From positions 1 through 60,506 of the forward strand of contig CAYYDP010000002.1 in assembly GCA_964470645.1 (NCBI GenBank): a stretch of 60,506 nucleotides of DNA, read 5' to 3'. Position 1 is the stretch's first letter; each line of letters starts with the position of its first letter. Source of the stretch: an uncultured Gammaproteobacteria bacterium. Lineage in GTDB: Bacteria > Patescibacteriota > Patescibacteriia > CAYYDP01. Both the position numbers and the translations under genes were made by a program. The notes beneath the pieces are model-generated. The model worked only from the letters and a program-made list of their open reading frames with translations. It was not told the origin of the DNA and ran no database searches. Shown piece by piece: positions 55,468-60,506 of this stretch.

Positions 55468-56313
55468 ATGACGATTGCACTGAATCTATCTATGGAACCA
55501 TATCTCCCTCCAATCAATAATCAAGAATCAGAATTTGACTTCGAAACTCGTGGAACTCACTATTCTGACGCACACGAACAAATGCCATGGGTACGTGGGG
55601 AAGAAATCAACCAAATCCTTGTGTCTGTTGGTTGTACCGGACCATTGGTTGGGAAAACAATACTCGATTTTGCATGCGGTTCTGGAACCGTTACTATCCC
55701 ATTATCTATCGCAGTTGGGTCGGGGGGTGTCGTATATGCCGCCGATGACTCTGAAACGAATTTTCAAAGACTCAAGAAAAAAGCAGGATCCGAACTCCCG
55801 ATCACTATTCTCCTTTTGAAACCAAATGAAAGGCTCAACGTACAATCGTCTTGCGTTGATGTGGTTGTCTCGCTTGCGGGGATGCATCATGTCCCAAATG
55901 ATGCGCGCCAAGGCATCTTCGTAGAATTTTATCGAGTATTGAAACCAGGCGGCTATGTAGTGATTGGCGATGTGTTGGATCAACGACCAGTACAATCTTA
56001 CTTTGACAACGTGGTTGATAAAGTTTGTTCGACGGGACATCTTCACCGTTTTTTTGATAAAACCCAAATCCAGGAATTATGCGGACAAAGTGGTCTACTT
56101 CTGGAACGGTTCAATGAGGTGTCCACACCTTGGATATTCAATAACGAGAAAGAGGCGGGTGCCTTTCTCCGGACAATTCACGATGCAAAAAAACATTTCA
56201 CACCAGAGTACTGTCTGGCGGAAGCAAAAAAATACCTCGGATGTTCAAATGACGGCGGAATATTCAAACTGAATTGGTCACTCTTTTTCATGACAGCGAA
56301 AAAACAACAATGA
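55468..56313 (+). CDS. Class I SAM-dependent methyltransferase
   Basis: It carries motif I ILDFACGSGTVTIPLSIAVGSGGVVYAADDSE. Confidence 0.75.
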   Translation: MTIALNLSMEPYLPPINNQESEFDFETRGTHYSDAHEQMPWVRGEEINQILVSVGCTGPLVGKTILDFACGSGTVTIPLSIAVGSGGVVYAADDSETNFQRLKKKAGSELPITILLLKPNERLNVQSSCVDVVVSLAGMHHVPNDARQGIFVEFYRVLKPGGYVVIGDVLDQRPVQSYFDNVVDKVCSTGHLHRFFDKTQIQELCGQSGLLLERFNEVSTPWIFNNEKEAGAFLRTIHDAKKHFTPEYCLAEAKKYLGCSNDGGIFKLNWSLFFMTAKKQQ

Positions 56314-57338
56314 TATCATCGAATCTTGATCAGCACGAAAAAATAATTCGCCTTTCAGACCCAAAATCGGGATTACGAGGGTTCATCGCTATTCACAACA
56401 CATCCCACGGACCCGCAACAGGGGGTACGCGCATGATGCCCTATACATCCGAACAAGACGCACTCAATGACGCACTCAAGCTCGCTCGAGCGATGACCTA
56501 CAAATGTGCGCTCGCCGGAGTTCCCTACGGTGGCGGGAAAGGGGTGATCATTGGCGATCCAAAAAAAGATAAGACACAGAAATTGCTACAATCCTACGCT
56601 CAAATCGTAAATTCCCTCAATGGTATATTCACCACCGGCGAAGATGTGGGGATTACACGTGAAGATGCGGAGATCATGACAAAAACATCTCCGTACATTA
56701 ACGGCTTCAGCAAATCAACTGATCCGTCACCTTTTGCCGCCCTGAGTGTGTTTTCTTCAATAAAGAGCGCGGTCAAAATAACCAATAATGAATCGCTTCG
56801 ATATAAAAAAATCGCCGTCAAAGGAATTGGAAAGGTTGGATCTGAACTTATTCGGTTACTCATAAAAACTGGAGCTAAACTCTATGCGGCAGACATTGAT
56901 TCAAAAATAATTACAAAGATACGTCGAGAATTCCCTACAGTAGGGATCGTAGAGACTTCTTCCATTCATCAATTGCCCGTTGACGTCTTTGCTCCCTGTG
57001 CACTGGGAAATGAAATTGCCAAAGAAAACATCTCTGAGATTAAGGCGAAAATAATCTGCGGTAGCGCAAACAACCAACTCTCATCAGAAGCCATCGGAGA
57101 CCAGTTATTTCATCGCGGGATATTGTATATTCCTGACTATCTCGCAAACGCAGGAGGATTGATCAATGCGATCGACACGCGCGAACCGGGTGGGTATCAA
57201 AAAAAACGAGTAATGAGGCGAATAAATTTCCTTCAAAACACATTGCGTACCATTCTTAAGGCGTCGAATATATCCAATATTCCTCCTTATAGAATCGCAG
57301 ATCGTATTGCTGAAGAGAAGATTTCGGAATCAAAATAA
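56310..57338 (+). CDS. Glu/Leu/Phe/Val dehydrogenase family (leucine/valine dehydrogenase-like)
   Basis: GPATGGTRMMPY, AGVPYGGGKGVIIGDP and VKGIGKVGSELIRLL (a Rossmann motif) are present. Its start overlaps the upstream stop as ATGA. Confidence 0.85.
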   Translation: MISSNLDQHEKIIRLSDPKSGLRGFIAIHNTSHGPATGGTRMMPYTSEQDALNDALKLARAMTYKCALAGVPYGGGKGVIIGDPKKDKTQKLLQSYAQIVNSLNGIFTTGEDVGITREDAEIMTKTSPYINGFSKSTDPSPFAALSVFSSIKSAVKITNNESLRYKKIAVKGIGKVGSELIRLLIKTGAKLYAADIDSKIITKIRREFPTVGIVETSSIHQLPVDVFAPCALGNEIAKENISEIKAKIICGSANNQLSSEAIGDQLFHRGILYIPDYLANAGGLINAIDTREPGGYQKKRVMRRINFLQNTLRTILKASNISNIPPYRIADRIAEEKISESK

Positions 57339-57440
57339 CTCTATCGTTGGATACACAACAAGTCCTCCCTTTTTCAAGACTTCAATCGTTTTCTTAATCA
57401 CCTCCGATTCTTTCGTTTTTTTGAGATTCAGGATGAGCAT
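57339..57440 (-). repeat. Duplicated tsaC 5' terminus, copy r4 (longest)
   Basis: About 100 nt align with 48143-48242 at close to nine tenths identity by eye. It translates as MLILNLKKTKESEVIKKTIEVLKKGGLVVYPT. It begins right after the dehydrogenase stop. Confidence 0.9.
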
Positions 57441-57480
57441 ATATTCACTTCAGTATGACATGGTGGTATACTGATCATAT

Positions 57481-58560
57481 ATGTACGATCTTGTTTGCGT
57501 TGGAGATACCACGCTCGATACCTTTTTAAAGGTTCAAGACGCTGCGGTGCATTGCGATCTCAAAAGCAAAAGCTGTGAGCTCTGTTTCAAATACGGAGAA
57601 AAGATTGCCGTTGATGAACTCAGACAAAACCCCGGCGGCAACTCTGCAAACGTTGCTGTTGGAACGGCAACACTTGGAGTCAAAACCGCACTCTACGCGA
57701 TCATTGGGGACGACGATATTGGGCAGAACGTAAAACGGATGATAGGCGAACGCAAGGTTGACACGAAGTACTTGTTGACCAACAAAGGCAAACCGACGAA
57801 TTATTCGACAATTATTAGCTTCAAGGGTGAACGAACGATCCTGGAGATGAAATATCCCGCACACCTAACGTTCTCAACATTCCCAACAACCGATTGGGTA
57901 TATCTTTCTTCTCTTAAACAAGACCCCAAAAGTGTGTACGAGTCACTCGTTCGGTTAAAAAAGAAGATGGGATTCAAGATCGCCTTTAACCCGGGAATGT
58001 TTCAGCTCACTCACCCTTCAAACGATATCGTAACGTTTCTTCCAAATGTAGATGTTCTTATTGTGAATAAAGAAGAAGCGGAGCTATTAGTCCGTAAAGT
58101 CGAAAGTCTCAAGTCGAAAGTCTCATTAAGGAAGTCCAACGACCGCCTCAGATTGACAACGCTACAAGCTACCCGCCTCGCGTCGACAAGCGACAGCGAG
58201 TCGAGGCGGGCAAGCTACAAGCTACAAGCTCGTACTCGTGGTCTCGTCTTCATCACTGATGGTCCCAACGGAGCATATGCGTTTGATGGAGAACGCATGG
58301 TTCACTGCAACACATTTCCTGCACCAAACGTTGTTGACCGAACAGGGGCGGGCGACGCGTTTTCTTCTGGCGTGGTCGCGGGACTCACAAATGAAGTCAG
58401 CTTTCCAGAGGTTATTCGTTGGGGCATGGCTAATTCTGCGGCAGTACTCAAAGAGATCGGCCCCCAAAACGGGCTATTGAATATCTCTGAAATAAGGCGA
58501 ATATTAGCCAATGTAAAGATTTTTCCCGACCTGTTGAAAAAATCTTTACAGAATAGTTGA
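57481..58560 (+). CDS. PfkB-family carbohydrate kinase (ribokinase-like)
   Basis: The N-terminal VCVGDTTLD, GGNSANVAVG and the C-terminal DRTGAGDAFSSGVVAGL are present. It contains an in-frame repeat insertion of about 50 aa. Confidence 0.8.
   Translation: MYDLVCVGDTTLDTFLKVQDAAVHCDLKSKSCELCFKYGEKIAVDELRQNPGGNSANVAVGTATLGVKTALYAIIGDDDIGQNVKRMIGERKVDTKYLLTNKGKPTNYSTIISFKGERTILEMKYPAHLTFSTFPTTDWVYLSSLKQDPKSVYESLVRLKKKMGFKIAFNPGMFQLTHPSNDIVTFLPNVDVLIVNKEEAELLVRKVESLKSKVSLRKSNDRLRLTTLQATRLASTSDSESRRASYKLQARTRGLVFITDGPNGAYAFDGERMVHCNTFPAPNVVDRTGAGDAFSSGVVAGLTNEVSFPEVIRWGMANSAAVLKEIGPQNGLLNISEIRRILANVKIFPDLLKKSLQNS
58097..58232 (+). repeat. Composite in-frame insertion in the PfkB kinase
   Basis: It has aagtcgaaagtctc x2 (58097-58124) and gctacaagct (58161-58170). 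A hairpin cccgcctcg ... cgaggcggg follows (58172-58210), then caagctacaagctacaagct (58211-58230). The last part is the same AGCTACA heptamer as in valS, read on the coding strand, and encodes SYKLQATSYKLQA. Confidence 0.9.
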
Positions 58561-58599
58561 CACCCAAGCTGATTTTGGCTAGAATTCGGGATAGTTTAT

Positions 58600-58773
58600 G
58601 CCCAGTAGAGCAACCCCGTACGAGAATAATTCGAATACGAATATTCCATACGGGACTTCTCTCACTGGCGTTCGTTCCGCTTTGATAACGACTATAAACT
58701 ATAACAAGTCAAAGCATGCCCCGTAGTCACCAACATTAAATGTCGGAGTACTACCGGGGTTGTCTTACTGGGT
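58600..58773 (+). promoter_or_regulatory. Structured 5' leader of rplS
   Basis: A long-range pairing links gcccagtagagcaacccc (58600-58617) with ggggttgtcttactgggt (58756-58773, ending at the ATG). It has 18 positions with 1 mismatch and 3 G-U pairs. Nested hairpins are cccgta...tacggg and ccccgtagt...actaccgggg. Confidence 0.55.
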
Positions 58774-59124
58774 ATGACTCAACAATCAACAAAATCATCA
58801 ATCGATCCAAAGGACCTTCGACCAGGTATGGTGGTTCAAATCCATCAAAAAATCAAAGAGCTGAACGCAAAAGGAGAAGAAAAAGAGCGTATTCAATTGT
58901 TTGAGGGAACTGTTATTTCCAAACACGCCGGCACATCAGTCAACTCAACATTCACAGTACGAAAAGTTTCGTTTGGCATCGGCGTTGAAAAGATATTCCC
59001 AACACACTCTCCTATTATCGCAAAAATCGACTTGGTCAAACAGCTCAAGACCAAGAAAGCAAAGTTATACTTCCTGAAGGGATATAAAAAGAGGGTGAAA
59101 GAAGTGAAGCCTCGCGCTTCTTAA
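58774..59124 (+). CDS. rplS: 50S ribosomal protein L19
   Basis: RPGMVVQIH, FEGTVISKH, FTVRKVSFGIGVEKIFPTHSP and KAKLYFL match L19. Confidence 0.95.
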   Translation: MTQQSTKSSIDPKDLRPGMVVQIHQKIKELNAKGEEKERIQLFEGTVISKHAGTSVNSTFTVRKVSFGIGVEKIFPTHSPIIAKIDLVKQLKTKKAKLYFLKGYKKRVKEVKPRAS

Positions 59125-59189
59125 TTCAGCCAAAAAACCAGGCGACAATCCTGATGTTTATTAACACAGGCTACAAACGTTGCATCCAT

Positions 59190-59273
59190 GCGGACGTGGC
59201 GAAATTGGTAGACGCACTACCTTGAGGTGGTAACGCCTTCACCGGCATGAGAGTTCGAGTCTCTCCGTCCGCA
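59190..59273 (+). tRNA. tRNA-Leu (anticodon GAG), class II with long variable arm
   Basis: It was folded by hand. The acceptor is gcggacg/cgtccgc with a 3-bp D-stem, and the anticodon loop is ttGAGgt. The T-arm is gagag-ttcgagt-ctctc and the discriminator is A. No CCA is encoded. Confidence 0.85.
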
Positions 59274-59362
59274 TATAGAAATAATATAGTTTGTCTAAAT
59301 GTGGTTCGGGTATGATGAGTTCGCCCGATCATCCGATCGGGCGTCCGGTCGAATGACCGGAC

Positions 59363-59379
59363 GAGTCTCTCCGTCCGCA
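59363..59379 (+). repeat. Second copy of the tRNA-Leu 3' end (17 nt)
   Basis: gagtctctccgtccgca is identical to 59257-59273. The intervening 89 nt hold two strong hairpins (59322-59343, 59343-59362). Confidence 0.85.
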
Positions 59380-59564
59380 TTATTATTTTCATTGGGCGGT
59401 TAGCTTCCACCTACGCCAAGGCTTCGGTGGACAAGCAATTTCAGCGAAAGGCTGATCCGCCTCCGGCGGATGTTCCCCGCCGACAGCTTCGCAGTCAGGC
59501 GGGCCCGTCAAAATGCGTAGCTTTATCGGGGAGCGTTACATTGATCCCACACCTTTCTTACTAA

Positions 59565-59638
59565 GGGCAATTAGCTCAGTTGGTTAGAGCGTTACATTGA
59601 CATTGTAAAGGTCGCAGGTTCGAATCCTGCATTGCCCA
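59565..59638 (+). tRNA. tRNA-Val (anticodon GAC)
   Basis: It was folded by hand. The acceptor is gggcaat/attgccc and the D-arm is gctc-agttggtta-gagc. The anticodon arm is ttaca-ttGACat-tgtaa and the T-arm is gcagg-ttcgaat-cctgc. The discriminator is A. No CCA is encoded. Confidence 0.9.
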
Positions 59639-59748
59639 TGAAAGGTGTGGGATAAAAGACAGACGGTTGATAAATTGTACACAGTACAAGATCAATCGTA
59701 TCCCATACGATTGATCCCCGTCTACCGCCCACCAGCACAACGCAATAT

Positions 59749-59988
59749 ATGCGAATCATTTTGAGTATTATTTTTGCAGCGATTGGCGTCGTGATTAGCG
59801 TTAAAAGCAATTGGATTGTCAACAACTTCGGTACTGTTCCGTGGGCCGAAAAACACTTGGGAAGCTCGACACTGTTTTGGAAGTTATTTGGTCTTTTGGT
59901 AACCATTATCGCGATCTTTACCATGGTTGGCATAACAGATACGATTCTTATATCAATTTTTTCAAGATTTACACCCAAAGTACAATAA
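59749..59988 (+). CDS. Small membrane protein
   Basis: It is a 79-aa ORF with 2-3 hydrophobic helices between tRNA-Val and tRNA-Ala. The overlapping 195-aa minus-strand ORF crosses tRNA genes and is rejected. Confidence 0.45.
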   Translation: MRIILSIIFAAIGVVISVKSNWIVNNFGTVPWAEKHLGSSTLFWKLFGLLVTIIAIFTMVGITDTILISIFSRFTPKVQ

Positions 59989-59995
59989 GGTCTAC

Positions 59996-60069
59996 GGGCC
60001 GTTAGCATAGTGGTAGTGCTTCCGGTTTGCATCCGGAGGGCGCGAGTTCGATTCTCGCACGGTCCACCA
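59996..60069 (+). tRNA. tRNA-Ala (anticodon UGC), CCA encoded
   Basis: It was folded by hand. The acceptor is gggccgt/acggtcc with the G3-U70 alanine identity pair. The anticodon loop is ttTGCat and the T-arm is gcgag-ttcgatt-ctcgc, followed by ACCA. Confidence 0.9.
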
Positions 60070-60078
60070 AACAATGAT

Positions 60079-60102
60079 ACAGCCATGAGGCTGTTTTTTG
60101 TT
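60079..60102 (+). terminator. Intrinsic terminator after tRNA-Ala
   Basis: The hairpin is acagcc atga ggctgt, followed by tttttgttg. Confidence 0.7.
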
Positions 60103-60208
60103 GTGAAAAAGTTTTCCACCGAGACAACAATAGAACGCGATGATATACTATAATAACCTAACGAATTTCTCGATCTCACAGCGGGTCGAGACTTTTTTGT
60201 AACATACT

Positions 60209-60506
60209 ATGAAAAAAGCAAAACAAACGAAATATATTTTTGTAACCGGTGGTGTAATTTCATCTCTCGGGAAAGGAATTGTTGCGGCCAGCATTGGAAG
60301 AATCCTAAAAGGATACGGATTCACCGTTACTGCCATTAAATGCGATATGTATGTGAACATTGACGCAGGAACAATGAGGCCAACCGAGCACGGGGAAGTG
60401 TTTGTGACCAAAGATGGGGTAGAATGTGACCAAGACTTGGGTAATTATGAACGATTTATCGGAACCGATATGAATTGGACGAACTACACAACCACAGGAC
60501 AAATTT
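60209..60506 (+). CDS. pyrG: CTP synthase, 5' part (runs off the window)
   Basis: It translates as [70 protein letters not shown], the canonical PyrG N-terminus. It is absent from the ORF track because no stop lies in the window. Confidence 0.9.
   Translation, partial: MKKAKQTKYIFVTGGVISSLGKGIVAASIGRILKGYGFTVTAIKCDMYVNIDAGTMRPTEHGEVFVTKDGVECDQDLGNYERFIGTDMNWTNYTTTGQI

Noticed and set aside
8321-57440. Simple tandem segmental duplication as the origin of the duplicated gene termini.
   Set aside because: The dead fragments are more similar to their source than the flanking TrmB paralogs are to each other, and adjacent cargos belong to unrelated families. Insertion fits better, although I could not compute identities rigorously.
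59392-59737. tmRNA or SRP RNA as the identity of the GC-rich structured region near tRNA-Val.
   Set aside because: The acceptor-like helix has G3-C70 rather than the G3-U70 required for alanylation of tmRNA. There is no T-arm before the ACCA, no plausible tag ORF ending in a typical degron, and a complete tRNA-Val lies inside the span. The SRP domain IV consensus (GGAA tetraloop with AGCA) is not present on either strand. A covariance search is still needed.
59171-60179. Minus-strand ORFs 59171-59410 (79 aa) and 59592-60179 (195 aa).
   Set aside because: They run across tRNA-Leu, tRNA-Val and tRNA-Ala on the opposite strand, so they are incompatible with the clear tRNA folds.
1-60506. An alternative genetic code (UGA recoding, as in some CPR lineages).
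   Set aside because: Recognised proteins terminate at TGA, TAA and TAG at the expected lengths. No conserved domain is interrupted by in-frame TGA.
1-60506. A search for an integrase, transposase, or rRNA genes.
   Set aside because: No ORF shows tyrosine/serine recombinase, DDE or HUH motifs that I can recognise, and no rRNA-like sequence is present. This absence rests on visual inspection only.

Overview
This 60.5-kb window looks like a small-genome, CPR/Patescibacteria-like bacterium. That guess rests on gene content, compact operons and standard-code ORFs; no database search was run, and protein calls come from motifs read by eye. Housekeeping genes are present: valS with a T-box leader, ksgA, tsaD, a tsaC-tsaE fusion, msrA, rdgB, rplS, pyrG, and tRNA-Leu/Val/Ala. 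They are interleaved with an unusual accessory layer. This layer has 12 divergent TrmB-like wHTH regulator paralogs (T1-T12), 6 membrane-anchored LivK-type solute-binding proteins with no ABC permease or ATPase nearby (P1-P6), and 4 class I methyltransferases. It also has two AbiE-type toxin pairs, a RelE/YafQ pair, a RhuM-Fic protein, two AAA/DUF4143 ATPases and a frameshifted DUF3800 gene. The main result is structural. Most TrmB-like genes head a compact divergent cassette (TrmB one way, cargo the other). Each cassette is bracketed by direct repeats that are duplicated 5' or 3' termini (26-140 bp) of the adjacent housekeeping gene. Five copies of the tsaC 5' end delimit a tandem array of four cassettes. 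No integrase or transposase is visible. A second layer of selfish-looking DNA sits inside essential genes, always in frame. It consists of a GC-rich hairpin element family (ksgA, tsaD, an AlkD-like gene, plus one intergenic copy) and heptanucleotide tandem repeats (valS, tsaD, a PfkB kinase). Other notable items are an archaeal-type CarS-like lipid gene cluster, a structured rplS leader, and a tRNA region with relics of tRNA-Leu and tRNA-Val.
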